Of a DNA stretch of 64,000 bases, positions 18,938 through 29,919 are shown piece by piece; position 1 is the stretch's first letter, and every line of letters starts with the position of its first letter. The notes beneath the pieces were generated by a model that did not search any database, had not been told where the DNA came from, and saw only the letters and a program-made list of their open reading frames with translations. This stretch comes from Candidatus Nitrospinota bacterium M3_3B_026. Lineage in GTDB: Bacteria > Nitrospinota_A > UBA7883 > JBPRGF01. The position numbers and the translations under genes were made by a program. Location: positions 313-64,312 of the forward strand of contig JBPRGF010000002.1 of NCBI GenBank assembly GCA_051418015.1, in the 5' to 3' direction.

Positions 18938-20950
18938 CTACTCGAACCCCAGCAGCCTCCCTCCCTGGTAGACCACGAGGCTTGCCGTCCAGGCGAGGAC
19001 GAGCCCCAGCGCCACCGACAGCCCGGTGATTTTCCACGAGCCGGACTCGGCCCGTATCGAGGCCAGGGTGGCTACGCAGGGGGTGTAAAGAAGGGTGAAG
19101 ACCATGAAGCTCATCCCCTGCAGGGGCGTTATGTACGAGGAGATGACAGCCGGGTCCGTCCCGCCATGGATCACGGCCAGGGCGCCTATCACCACCTCCT
19201 TGGCGACAAACCCGAAAAAGAGCGCCACGGTCTCCCGCCATGGTATCCCGATTGGGTCGAAGATGGGAGCCGCCGCCGCGCCCAGCATCCCCGCCAACGT
19301 CTTTTCCCCGGCCGGAGGGACGCCAGGGGGGAAGTGGGTAAGGAACCATACCACCACCACCCCGGCCACTATCATGGTGGACGCGCGATACAGAAACTCC
19401 CGCATCTCCTGCCAGGCCCTTATCGCCACCGTCCGGGCGAGCGGGAGCCTGTAGGGCGGCAGTTCCATGATGAAAGGCTCCGGCGTCCCGAAGGAGAAGG
19501 GCCTCAGCGCGATTCCCACCAGGATTATCATGGCGAAACTCAGGATATAAAGAGAGAAGACCGCCCACGGCGCCGCCCACGGGGCGAACAGCAGCCCCGC
19601 CAGGAACAAAAAGACCTGCAGCCGAGCGGAGCAGAGAGTGAGCGGTATCAAAAGCATGGTCAGCAGCCTGTTATGCTGGCTCGATAGCACCCGCGTGCCC
19701 ATGACGGCCGGGACGTTGCATCCGTATCCAAGCAGCAGGCTTATGAACGCCTTCCCGTCCAGCCGGAGCATATGCATCAGCCTGTCCATCAGGAAGGCCA
19801 CCCTCGCCATGTAGCCTGTGTCCTCGATCAGCGACAGGAACACGAAAAACAGGGCGATGATGGGGAAAAAGCTTACCACCACCCCCACCCCCTCGATCAG
19901 GCCGTCCACCAGGAAATCCTTCAGCATCCCCGGCGCGCCGATGGCCTCAAGAGCCGATCCGGCCCAGCCCTGAACAACCCCCACGCCCGCGGCCGTCCAC
20001 TCCTGCAACGGCGTCCCCATGGTGAATACGCCATGGAAGATCGCGAACATGATGATGAAAAAGAGCGGCAGACCCAGCCATCCGCCCATCAACACGTTGT
20101 CGATCTTCTCCGTGACCGAGGCGGGGATCCTGGCTGGGCTCCTGGTCGTCTCCATCAGCAGGCCGCGGGCGGAATTGAACCTGCATCTTGCGCAGGTGGT
20201 GACGAGGTCCTGTCCCAGGGCTTTCTCCACACTGCCGCGCTCTTCCGCCGCCAGGGACGCCGCTTCGGCGAGCCGCGGGTCCTTTTCCACCAGCCTTGCG
20301 CCGCCCTCCTCGTCCTCCAGCAGGCTGACGGCGACGAACCCGCTATCCAGCCCCGCCCCGCCGCCGCCCGACTCCACGCTCCTCGCTATCCGCGCCACCG
20401 CCTCCTCCAGCGCGGGGGGGAAGGATATGTGGGTGGGGCGCGCCGTTCTTTGCCCTTCGAGGGTCTTGAGGATCGTTTTCTTCAGCTCGTCCAGCCCCTC
20501 CCCCGTCCGCGCCACGATGGGGACGGCGGGCGCGCCGAGGTGCTGGGAGAAGGCTTCCATGTCTATCTCGATTCCCTTTTTCCGGGCCTCGTCCATCATG
20601 TTCACGGCCACCACCATGGGGATGTCCATCGACGCGAGCTGCAGGGTCAGCCCCAGTCCGCGGTAGAGGTTGCCCGCGTCGACCACGTTCAGGATCAGGT
20701 CGGGAGGGCTTTCCAGAAAATAGTCGCGGACAACCCTCTCCTCCAGGGTGCTGGGGGTTATGGAATACGCCCCGGGAAGGTCCACAAGCTCCGCCTCGAC
20801 GCCGTCGAGCCGGAAGGCGCCCACCTTCTTTTCCACGGTGACGCCCGGCCAGTTGCCAACCCGCTGGCTGGCGCCGGTGAGGCGGTTGAAGAGGGTGGTC
20901 TTGCCGCTGTTGGGGATGGCGCTTATCGCTACGGTGACCTTACGAGTCAT
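18938..20950 (-). CDS. feoB: Ferrous iron transporter FeoB
   Basis: N-terminal G-domain 'AIPNSGKTTLFNRLTG' and 'DLPGAYS', followed by a polytopic membrane domain; 670 aa. Confidence 0.96.
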   Translation of the reverse strand: MTRKVTVAISAIPNSGKTTLFNRLTGASQRVGNWPGVTVEKKVGAFRLDGVEAELVDLPGAYSITPSTLEERVVRDYFLESPPDLILNVVDAGNLYRGLGLTLQLASMDIPMVVAVNMMDEARKKGIEIDMEAFSQHLGAPAVPIVARTGEGLDELKKTILKTLEGQRTARPTHISFPPALEEAVARIARSVESGGGGAGLDSGFVAVSLLEDEEGGARLVEKDPRLAEAASLAAEERGSVEKALGQDLVTTCARCRFNSARGLLMETTRSPARIPASVTEKIDNVLMGGWLGLPLFFIIMFAIFHGVFTMGTPLQEWTAAGVGVVQGWAGSALEAIGAPGMLKDFLVDGLIEGVGVVVSFFPIIALFFVFLSLIEDTGYMARVAFLMDRLMHMLRLDGKAFISLLLGYGCNVPAVMGTRVLSSQHNRLLTMLLIPLTLCSARLQVFLFLAGLLFAPWAAPWAVFSLYILSFAMIILVGIALRPFSFGTPEPFIMELPPYRLPLARTVAIRAWQEMREFLYRASTMIVAGVVVVWFLTHFPPGVPPAGEKTLAGMLGAAAAPIFDPIGIPWRETVALFFGFVAKEVVIGALAVIHGGTDPAVISSYITPLQGMSFMVFTLLYTPCVATLASIRAESGSWKITGLSVALGLVLAWTASLVVYQGGRLLGFE

Positions 20951-21467
20951 CGCCGCCTTCCGGCTCCACCACGACCTTGTCCGCCTCCCCTCTGCCGAGG
21001 ATCACAAGCCCTCCCCCGGGAGAAAGGCGGACAGTGTAAGGCGCGGTTTTCAAGAGCGTGACCCTGGCGCCCTCCGTCACGCCCCGGCTCTCCGTTTTTC
21101 TTTTGAACCCCTCGCCTCCTACGAGTTCGCGCACTCTGTAGACCCTGTCCACGGCCTTCGCGCTGGAGAGGGGAAACGCGATGACATCAAGCTCCAGCGC
21201 GGCCGCCTCCTCCTCGCGCAGGGCCACCGCCTGTCCCGACTCGGCGCCGAGAGCCAGCGGTCCCCCCAGGGCTCCGGCCCGCAGGACGGTCACCTCCACG
21301 CCGGGCAACATCCCCATCTTGGCAAGGCGCCGCGAGACGGCGGTGTTGTCCCCCAGCGAGACAATGCGGCAGATGGTGTTCGGTCTTAACGGTATCTTCT
21401 CTTTCACTTTCGTCACGGCGGATAAACGGTCCCCGCGGGCCGGTCGAAAATTGACAATAATTCTCAT
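20940..21467 (-). CDS. feoA: FeoA-domain protein (apparent tandem FeoA domains)
   Basis: Two SH3-like FeoA segments ('RIVSLGDNTAVSRRLAKMGMLPGVEVTVL' and 'RVRELVGGEGFKRKTESRGVTEGARVTLL'). Overlaps the feoB start by 11 nt. The start codon is uncertain. Confidence 0.78.
   Translation of the reverse strand: MRIIVNFRPARGDRLSAVTKVKEKIPLRPNTICRIVSLGDNTAVSRRLAKMGMLPGVEVTVLRAGALGGPLALGAESGQAVALREEEAAALELDVIAFPLSSAKAVDRVYRVRELVGGEGFKRKTESRGVTEGARVTLLKTAPYTVRLSPGGGLVILGRGEADKVVVEPEGGDDS
21452..21466 (-). promoter_or_regulatory. Candidate Fur box
   Basis: The minus-strand sequence 'TGAGAATTATTGTCA' matches the 7-1-7 consensus TGATAATnATTATCA at 12 of 14 positions. It overlaps the listed feoA start codon. 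Confidence 0.5.
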
Positions 21468-21546
21468 TTTAGCCTAGCCGAGGGGCGGAGCGCAGGAGGA
21501 TTTCGCGCCGCGGCGACAGGGGGGGAAGCCGCCGGGGAGCGCGGCG

Positions 21547-22968
<1,422 letters not shown>

Positions 22969-23141
22969 TTTTCAATATATCACATAAATTTTATCAACCG
23001 CCACAGCCGCGCTTGCCAAACACCGTTACAAACAATAGAATGCCAGAGTCCACGCGGAAAAAGCGCTCCGCCCGAGATGCGCGGACCCGGCGCGGCGGCG
23101 TTTTCATAATATCTTCTACAAAGCAGGGAGGGTGACGTCAG

Positions 23142-24539
23142 ATGCCGATCCAGGAAAGGTACCTTCTTAACACCGCGGATATACCGAAAAAGTGGTACAA
23201 CATAATGGCGGACATGCCGAACCCGCCGCAGCCTCCCCTCCATCCCGGCACTGGGAATCCCGTGGGGCCGGACGACCTGGCGCCGCTTTTCCCGATGTCC
23301 CTGATCGAGCAGGAGGTGAGCGCCGAACGCTGGATCGACATACCGGAAGACATACTGAACATCCTGGCCATGTGGCGGCCCACGCCGTTGCACAGGGCGC
23401 GCAACCTGGAAAAAGAGCTGGGAACGCCCGCCAAAATTTTTTACAAGTACGAGGGCGTCTCCCCCGCCGGAAGCCACAAGCCGAACACCGCCGTGGCCCA
23501 GGCATACTACAACAAACAGGCGGGGATAAAGAAGATATCCACGGAGACCGGCGCGGGCCAGTGGGGCAGCGCCATGACCTTCGCCTGCCGCATGTTCGGG
23601 CTGGAGACTCTTGTCTACATGGTCAAGGTCAGCTACCAGCAAAAGCCCTACCGGCGCTCCATGATAAAGCTCTGGGGCGGCGACGTCATCCCCAGCCCGT
23701 CGGACACCACCGAGGCCGGGCGAGGGATACTGGCCCAGAACCCGGACTCCACCGGCAGCCTGGGGATCGCCATCTCCGAGGCGGTGGAGGTCGCCGCGCA
23801 AAGCTCCGATACCAACTACTCCCTCGGCTCGGTGCTGAACCATGTATTGACTCATCAGACGATAATAGGCATCGAGGCGGAGAAACAGATGAAGATGGCG
23901 GGCGCCTACCCGGACGTTGTCATAGGCTGCTGCGGCGGCGGGTCGAACTTCGCTGGCATAAGCAACGTCTTCATAAAGAACAAGATCGAAGGCAAAGAGG
24001 CGAAGGTCGTGGCCGTGGAGCCCGCAAGCTGCCCCACGCTGACCAAGGGGGTCTACTCCTACGACTTCGGCGACACGGCCCAGATGACACCGCTGATCGC
24101 CACGCACACCCTGGGGCATGACTTCGTCCCCCCAGGCATCCACGCGGGCGGCCTGCGCTACCATGCCGTGGCCCCCATCACCAGCCAGCTTCTAAACGAC
24201 GGGCTTATCGAGGCGGCGGCCTACCCGCAGCTGGAATGCTTCGAGGCGGCGGTGACTTTTGCGCGGACGGAGGGGATCATCCCCGCGCCGGAGACCTCCC
24301 ACGCCATCCGCCACGCCATCGTGGAGGCTTTGAAGGCGAAGGAGGAAGGGAAGGAGAAGACGATCCTGTTCAACCTGAGCGGCCACGGCCACTTCGACAT
24401 GGGCGCCTACGACAACTATTTCGCGGGCGAGCTGGTGGACGACCGCATGGACGAGGCTGGCATCGACAGCGCCCTGAAGGCGATAGAGAGCCTGCCCAAA
24501 CCGCCGGGCTACACGGGCAAATCCGGCGCGGCGGCGTAA
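23142..24539 (+). CDS. TrpB-like PLP-dependent enzyme (tryptophan synthase beta, TrpB2 type)
   Basis: '[15 protein letters not shown]' (PLP lysine), 'GAGQWGSA', '[11 protein letters not shown]'. The long N-terminal extension is typical of TrpB2. Confidence 0.88.
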   Translation: MPIQERYLLNTADIPKKWYNIMADMPNPPQPPLHPGTGNPVGPDDLAPLFPMSLIEQEVSAERWIDIPEDILNILAMWRPTPLHRARNLEKELGTPAKIFYKYEGVSPAGSHKPNTAVAQAYYNKQAGIKKISTETGAGQWGSAMTFACRMFGLETLVYMVKVSYQQKPYRRSMIKLWGGDVIPSPSDTTEAGRGILAQNPDSTGSLGIAISEAVEVAAQSSDTNYSLGSVLNHVLTHQTIIGIEAEKQMKMAGAYPDVVIGCCGGGSNFAGISNVFIKNKIEGKEAKVVAVEPASCPTLTKGVYSYDFGDTAQMTPLIATHTLGHDFVPPGIHAGGLRYHAVAPITSQLLNDGLIEAAAYPQLECFEAAVTFARTEGIIPAPETSHAIRHAIVEALKAKEEGKEKTILFNLSGHGHFDMGAYDNYFAGELVDDRMDEAGIDSALKAIESLPKPPGYTGKSGAAA

Positions 24540-24573
24540 AGGCGCGGCCGCGCGTCCTCGCGTGTCATCCTCG

Positions 24574-26454
24574 TCACGGGTTCGTGCAGTTCACGCCGTC
24601 CGTCGGGTCGTCAATAGCGCCTGTTCCATCGTTGTTGATGTCGACGGCGGTTCCAAGGCCGCCAAAGCCGTTGGGAAGGCATACGCCGCCGACCACCGAG
24701 TTGCCGGGGCCGCAGATCAAAGTGTCCGCCTCCGCGCAGGACATGGTGGTGGGGAGGGGTTGGTAGAGCAACAGTGAGTTCACGTTAACCAGAGTAGTCA
24801 GGCTGTCCACGTTGCCAACCCCCTGCACGCCGATGTTGTTGTTGTTAAGTCTAAGGTTCGTCAGGCTGGTCAGACCGGACAGCGGCGACACGTCCACGAT
24901 CTGGTTGTCGTAAAGGTACAGCATCGTCAGGTTCGTGAGGCCGGACAGCGGCGACACGTCCACGATCTGGTTGCTGCGAAGGTACAGCGTCGTCAGGCCG
25001 GTGAGGCCGGACAGCGGGGACAAGTCCGCGATCTGGTTGCTGCTAAGGTACAGCCACGTCAGATTGGTCAAGCCGGACAGCGGCGACACGTCCACGATCT
25101 GGTTGCCGTAAAGGGAGAGCGACGTCAGGCCGGTGAGGCCCGACAACGGCGACACGTCCACGATCTGGTTGCTACTAAGGTACAGCTTCGTCAGGCTGGT
25201 AAGGCCGGACAGCGGCGACACGTCCACGATCTGGTTGGTGAAAAGGTACAACTCCGTCAGGCTGGTGAGGCCGGACAGCGGCGACACGTCCGCGATCTGG
25301 TTTTCCTGAAGGTGTAACGTCGTCAGATTGGTCAAGCCGGACAGCGGCGACACGTCCACGATCAGGTGGTGTCGCAGGTCCAGCCACGTCAGGCTGGTGA
25401 AGCTCTCCAGTCCGGAAAGATCGGCGATAATGCCCCCGCCGCCGCAATCCAAATTCTGCGCGTCGCTGGCGCAGGTCCAGCCATTGTTGCTGGCGGCCAG
25501 GTTCACGCAGGTTCCAAGGTTGATGTCCGGGAAGGTTATATCCGCGATGGTGACGCAGGCGTCACATGCGTCGCCCGTCCCGTCGCTGTCCGCGTCGGCC
25601 TGGTCGGGGTTGGCGGTGTTCGGGCAGTTGTCGACGCCGTCCTCTATCCCGTCGCCGTCGCTGTCCACGATACCCGACGCGGGAGTGGCGCACATCTGAT
25701 CGCCCATCCGGCTCTCGCGGGTGACCTTCCTCCACCCCGTCAGGCCGAAACAGTACTCGGCGCCGTTGGTCAGCCCCGTGACGGTGTATCCGGTCAAGCC
25801 GCGCCAGACGTCGATGCGCGGGGAGTCGTACGCCGCCGGGCCGCCCTGTTGGTAGTAGAGGAAATAGTTCTGTAGCTCGTTGTCCGGGGCGCCGGAGTCC
25901 GACGGCGTGTTCCATGTCACCGTCACCTGCCCGTCGCCCGCCGCCGCGCTTGTCACGTGTGTCAGCTTCGGCTCCGGCAGGGAGCCGCCGGAGTCATCGC
26001 CATCGCCGTCGTCATCGCCAGAGCCGCCGTTCGGCGTGATGGGATCTTCGGGCGTCCACAGAACCGTCTCGCCGTCCGGGCAGTACTGGGTGAGCATGAG
26101 GTAGTAGCCCACGCCGTTTTCGAGTCCGTTTATCGTGTAAGGGCTGGTGACCTTCTCGAACATCGCCCCGTGCGGCAGGGTGTCCCAGTTATCCGGCGAG
26201 ATGGAAGGATCCGAGGCTACGTAAAGATTGTACCAGCAGCCATCCTCCAGGGCTTGGACCCTCGCCTGGGCCTGCTCCTCCCATGACACGACCACCTGCC
26301 CGTCGCCGGGCTCCACCACGACGTTGACCGCGGCGCCCGGATTTTCCGTATCACCGCCATCGCCCGGCGATGACGACGAGCCGCAGGAGGCGAGCTGGAG
26401 CATCGCGGGGATGACGAGGATCAGCAGTGCGGAAAGTATATGTTTGCGTGTCAT
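24574..26454 (-). CDS. Surface lipoprotein with FN3-like domains, thrombospondin type-3 Ca-binding repeats and about 10 internalin-type LRRs
   Basis: Lipobox 'LQLASCGSS'; 'DSDGDGIEDGVDNCPNTANPDQADADSDGTGDACD'; 22-aa repeats 'LTxLxLxxNQIVDVSPLSGLTx'. The Met at 26454 is preceded by AGGAGA. Confidence 0.85.
   Translation of the reverse strand: MTRKHILSALLILVIPAMLQLASCGSSSSPGDGGDTENPGAAVNVVVEPGDGQVVVSWEEQAQARVQALEDGCWYNLYVASDPSISPDNWDTLPHGAMFEKVTSPYTINGLENGVGYYLMLTQYCPDGETVLWTPEDPITPNGGSGDDDGDGDDSGGSLPEPKLTHVTSAAAGDGQVTVTWNTPSDSGAPDNELQNYFLYYQQGGPAAYDSPRIDVWRGLTGYTVTGLTNGAEYCFGLTGWRKVTRESRMGDQMCATPASGIVDSDGDGIEDGVDNCPNTANPDQADADSDGTGDACDACVTIADITFPDINLGTCVNLAASNNGWTCASDAQNLDCGGGGIIADLSGLESFTSLTWLDLRHHLIVDVSPLSGLTNLTTLHLQENQIADVSPLSGLTSLTELYLFTNQIVDVSPLSGLTSLTKLYLSSNQIVDVSPLSGLTGLTSLSLYGNQIVDVSPLSGLTNLTWLYLSSNQIADLSPLSGLTGLTTLYLRSNQIVDVSPLSGLTNLTMLYLYDNQIVDVSPLSGLTSLTNLRLNNNNIGVQGVGNVDSLTTLVNVNSLLLYQPLPTTMSCAEADTLICGPGNSVVGGVCLPNGFGGLGTAVDINNDGTGAIDDPTDGVNCTNP
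24875..25402. repeat. Eight tandem 66-bp units (the coding LRR repeats)
   Basis: The unit 'ccggacagcggcgacacgtccacgatctggtt...gtcaggc(t/c)ggtgagg' recurs every 66 nt with few substitutions. Confidence 0.9.
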
Positions 26455-26555
26455 GTTTTTTTCTCCTGGTGGCGCGGTTGTTAATTGTCTGATCGTCATT
26501 CCAAGGCCCTTCGGCGCCGCATGAGGTAAACTCCGCCGAAGAATTCCGCTCCATT

Positions 26556-26678
26556 CCCTCCCCCTCGACGGGGGAGCTTTTAACCTCCTCCCCCTTAGAC
26601 GGGGGAGGATCGAGGTGGGGGTGATGTGATTTATTCATACACCCTCCCCTTATGTCCCCTCCCGTCAAGGGAGGGGAA
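26556..26678 (+). repeat. GC-rich intergenic repeat, family 1, copy C (first hairpin duplicated)
   Basis: 'cctccccctcgacgggggag' and 'cctcccccttagacgggggagg', then 'atcgaggtgggggtg', then 'tcccctcccgtcaagggagggga'. Confidence 0.8.
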
Positions 26679-26679
26679 T

Positions 26680-26710
26680 TGTTATTCCGAGGCGTAAGCC
26701 GAAGAATCCC
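26680..26710 (+). repeat. Short intergenic repeat, family 2 copy (abuts family 1 copy C)
   Basis: 'tgttattccgaggcgtaagccgaagaatccc'. Confidence 0.6.
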
Positions 26711-26979
26711 TCTTTGTGTCCGGCGCGAGACCCCTCGCTGGCCCCATTTAAATGAATATCCCCACGGCTCGCGAAAAACCACCCTACGAAAGTAGGATTT
26801 TTCGAGAACGCCTCCGGCGGCGGGGAGCGGCGGTAAGCGACGGTAAATCTTGCGCATACAAACAGATAGCGCCAACGGGAGGCTCGGGACGGGAAAAATG
26901 TCTTGCCCTCCGTTCCTCAAAGGTGTAAGAAAAATGATTGAGAGTGGCCCATTCCCAGGAAACTTCAGGGGCAAGCAAA

Positions 26980-27777
26980 ATGGGGAACGCGGACGGGGTT
27001 TCCGCCTCGTCGCTGAAAAAAGTTTTAAGTCTGCTCGAAGCGCTGTACGCCGCCGGGGACACAGCAAGCGCCGTCAACTTGTTTTTCGACGAGATCGGCG
27101 CGCTCGTGCCGCACGAGACGGCGGTCTACTTTCCACTGGATCTCAAGAGAGGCGGTCTGCCGTCCTGCGGCGGGCATGTCTGTAAAAACATGGACGACGG
27201 CGGCAAATCCTCCGTGTTGTACGGAGCGCGCTACGGCGCCATGGACCCCCTTGTAAAATTAGGCGCGCAATCCTTGAACTGCGCGCTCAAGAACACCGAC
27301 ATAACGCCCATGAGCAGGATCATGGACGGAGAGCTCTATTGCGACTTTTTAAAACCCCTCGGGTTAGCCTACGTCATCGCCGCGGCGTTGAGCTCCAACG
27401 GCATGCCGATAGGCGGAATCAGCCTGCACAGGCCGCCCGGCTCGAAGGATTTCACGGACTCCGAGAAGGCCGTCCTGACCCTCCTTGCGCCCCACCTGGC
27501 CCGCGCCATACACAACCATGAGAGCCGTGAGATCGGGCTGGATATCACCGCGCGCCTTGGGTTGGGGGAAGAGAACGGGGCGGCGGGCGCTTCCGGCCTC
27601 ATCACCCGGCGCGAGGCGGAGGTGGCCGCCCTTGCGGCGCGGGGGCTGAAAAACCGCGAGATCGCGGAAACGCTTTTCATCGCCGAGCAGACCGTCAAGG
27701 ACCACCTGCTGTCCATATACAGGAAGACCGGAGTCAACAGCCGCTCCGCCCTCGTGGCGAGACTTTTTTCGCGTTAG
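26980..27777 (+). CDS. LuxR-family transcriptional regulator with N-terminal sensor-like domain
   Basis: C-terminal HTH 'LITRREAEVAALAARGLKNREIAETLFIAEQTVKDHLLSIYRKTGV'. The start is uncertain (TTG 26938 or ATG 26980). Confidence 0.8.
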   Translation: MGNADGVSASSLKKVLSLLEALYAAGDTASAVNLFFDEIGALVPHETAVYFPLDLKRGGLPSCGGHVCKNMDDGGKSSVLYGARYGAMDPLVKLGAQSLNCALKNTDITPMSRIMDGELYCDFLKPLGLAYVIAAALSSNGMPIGGISLHRPPGSKDFTDSEKAVLTLLAPHLARAIHNHESREIGLDITARLGLGEENGAAGASGLITRREAEVAALAARGLKNREIAETLFIAEQTVKDHLLSIYRKTGVNSRSALVARLFSR

Positions 27778-27785
27778 AGGCCACC

Positions 27786-28586
27786 TCAGCCCAGGCCAAC
27801 GTCGAGGGTCATCATGACGGTAAAACCTGTCATCAGGCCAGCCGTGGCGAGGTGTGAATTGCCGTTTCGCTGCGATTCGGGGATGACCTCCTCGGCGACG
27901 ACGAAGATCATCGCCCCCGCCGCGAAGGCCAGCGCGTAAGGCAGGACCGGCTCGGACAGGAACACGACGGCGGCCCCGATAACCCCCGCCGCAGGCTCCA
28001 CGGCGCCGGACAGCTGGCCGTACCAGAAGCTTTTCGCTTTAGAGAGCCCCTCGCGGCGCAACGGGACGGAGACGGCCATCCCCTCGGGAAAATTCTGTAT
28101 CCCGATGCCGAAAGCAAGCGCCACAGCCGCCGCGAAGGTCGCCTCCGGCATACCCGCCGCCGCGGCACCGAAGGCCACGCCCACGGCCAGCCCCTCGGGG
28201 ATGTTGTGCAGCGTGATGGCCAGGATCAGCAGGGTACTCCGCCGCCAGGGGGTTTTGACCCCTTCGATCTCCGTGGCGGGCGCGCCGGGATGCAGGTGAG
28301 GGAGCGTCCAATCCACGAGCCTTAAAAAGACCCCCCCGGCCATAAACCCGACCGCCGCAGGAAACCAGGCGGGGACGCTCCCGTCGCCGGACATCTCGAT
28401 CGCCGGGGCGAGCAACGACCAGTAGCTGGCCGCTATCATCACGCCCCCGGCGAACCCGAGCATGAGGTCCAGCGTCCTGCGGCTCATCTCCCTTCCCAGG
28501 AAGACCGCCGCCGCGCCCAGGGCGGTCAGCCCCCACGTGAAAAGCGTCGCGATGAGCGCCTGCCAGACGGGATGAAGGCTTTCCAT
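27786..28586 (-). CDS. zupT: ZIP-family divalent metal transporter (ZupT-like)
   Basis: 'LAITLHNIPEGLAVG', 'GIGIQNFPEGMAV'; 8-TM-like hydrophobic profile; 266 aa. Confidence 0.88.
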   Translation of the reverse strand: MESLHPVWQALIATLFTWGLTALGAAAVFLGREMSRRTLDLMLGFAGGVMIAASYWSLLAPAIEMSGDGSVPAWFPAAVGFMAGGVFLRLVDWTLPHLHPGAPATEIEGVKTPWRRSTLLILAITLHNIPEGLAVGVAFGAAAAGMPEATFAAAVALAFGIGIQNFPEGMAVSVPLRREGLSKAKSFWYGQLSGAVEPAAGVIGAAVVFLSEPVLPYALAFAAGAMIFVVAEEVIPESQRNGNSHLATAGLMTGFTVMMTLDVGLG

Positions 28587-28704
28587 GGGAAAATCGCCGG
28601 GATTAAAAAGACGCTGTCACCGCAAGGCCGCTTTCAAAAAGTCGCCCCAAGCCGAACTACTGCGCGCAAGGGGCTCTGAAAAATCCCGCGCCCGCCGCAA
28701 AAAA

Positions 28705-28734
28705 TGTCACCCTGAGCCGGAGGCGAAGGATCCC
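28705..28734 (+). repeat. Short intergenic repeat, family 2 copy
   Basis: 'tgtcaccctgagccggaggcgaaggatccc'. Confidence 0.6.
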
Positions 28735-28758
28735 GCGCGCCTTTGCCGGGACTGGCGG

Positions 28759-29178
28759 CTACTCGATGACTGTATTCAGGTCCCGCTCGTGCTCCTCTTC
28801 CTGGATCAGGATATCCTCGAGGGTCCTTCTAAGGCCGTACTCACGCAGGCTCTCGGCCTCGGCTATCCTCTCCTTGTAATCGGAGATGGCTCGCAACTCG
28901 CCTTTCAGGTCCTGCTTGAGCATCTCGAGGCTGTTCGTCGAGGTCTCGATATCCTCCACCTTCACCGTCGGCGTCCCCCCCAGGTAGTCGATCTGCTCCG
29001 AGAGCATGATGGCGTGCTGAATCTCCTCGTTGGCGTGGATCAAAAGCTCCTTCTGGATCGACTCGTACTGGGCGCCGGTGATGACCGAGGCGTGCTGTAT
29101 GTACTGGATGGCCGCGGCGTACTCCCACTCCACGTCCTTGTTGAGCTTGGCTATCAGCTCTTCCTTCGTTATGCTCAT
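28759..29178 (-). CDS. Ferritin-like four-helix-bundle protein (bacterioferritin/Dps superfamily)
   Basis: Di-iron-type ligand spacing: 'EWEYAAAIQY', 'EEIQHAIML', 'ELRAISDY', 'EEEHERDL'. Confidence 0.78.
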   Translation of the reverse strand: MSITKEELIAKLNKDVEWEYAAAIQYIQHASVITGAQYESIQKELLIHANEEIQHAIMLSEQIDYLGGTPTVKVEDIETSTNSLEMLKQDLKGELRAISDYKERIAEAESLREYGLRRTLEDILIQEEEHERDLNTVIE

Positions 29179-29280
29179 GCTCCCTCCTCATGGTGAAGAC
29201 TCGTGGTTCGGTTAAGTATGATATATCATCTCCATGATGTATATAACCGAAAAGGGATTCCTTAAAGCGCGGAAGCCGGT

Positions 29281-29919
29281 TTGAAGAAAGCGACAGTCCT
29301 GGAGAACATCCCCTTCACCATCGAGCAGGTCCGCGTCCTGCGGGAGATGAAGATCCCCCACGTAAAAAGCCTGGACGAAATCGAGGAAAAGCCGCTGGCC
29401 GGCGCCATAGGAAAGGCGATAGACAAAGCCTACACCCTGATCCACGGCCGCGGCGTGTTCAAGACCTGCAGGCTGACCGGCGTCGAGGCCGGCGCCGTGC
29501 GCGGGGAGGGCGTGGGGGATGTCTTTTCCGGCCCGGCGATGGTTAAGCTTCTCGGCGGATGCGATTTCGCCACGCTGCTGGCCTGCACCATCGGCCCGGA
29601 GCTGGAGGCGGAGGTGGAGCGGCTGGAGGAGGCGCAGGATATGACCGGCGCCTACATCCTGGACATGATCGGCGGCTGGATGGCCGACTACATGGCCGAC
29701 CGCGTGGACGAGCGGGTGGAGCGGGAGATCAGGCGCGCGGGCTACGAGAGGACAATGCGCTACTCCCCCGGCTACGGCGACTGGACGCTGGAGCGCCAGC
29801 CGGACGTCTTGCGGCTCGCCGAGGCGGAGAGGATAGGGATACGCCTGACCGAGACGAACATAATGATCCCCAGAAAATCCGTCTCCGCCGTGATCGGCTG
29901 GAAGCCTAAGACGGGTTGA
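29281..29919 (+). CDS. Stand-alone methionine synthase activation (AdoMet-binding) domain protein
   Basis: TTG start; 'RYSPGYGDW' and 'MIPRKSVSAVIGW' resemble the MetH C-terminal reactivation module. It sits directly upstream of a metH gene that lacks that module. Confidence 0.72.
   Translation: MKKATVLENIPFTIEQVRVLREMKIPHVKSLDEIEEKPLAGAIGKAIDKAYTLIHGRGVFKTCRLTGVEAGAVRGEGVGDVFSGPAMVKLLGGCDFATLLACTIGPELEAEVERLEEAQDMTGAYILDMIGGWMADYMADRVDERVEREIRRAGYERTMRYSPGYGDWTLERQPDVLRLAEAERIGIRLTETNIMIPRKSVSAVIGWKPKTG

Noticed and set aside
24875-25402. Regular 66-bp periodicity with conserved ~40-nt cores and variable ~26-nt segments, which superficially resembles a CRISPR array.
   Set aside because: The repeats are in frame within a long ORF and encode canonical 22-aa leucine-rich repeats. 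The variable parts are only point-variant versions of each other, and there are no cas genes or leader.
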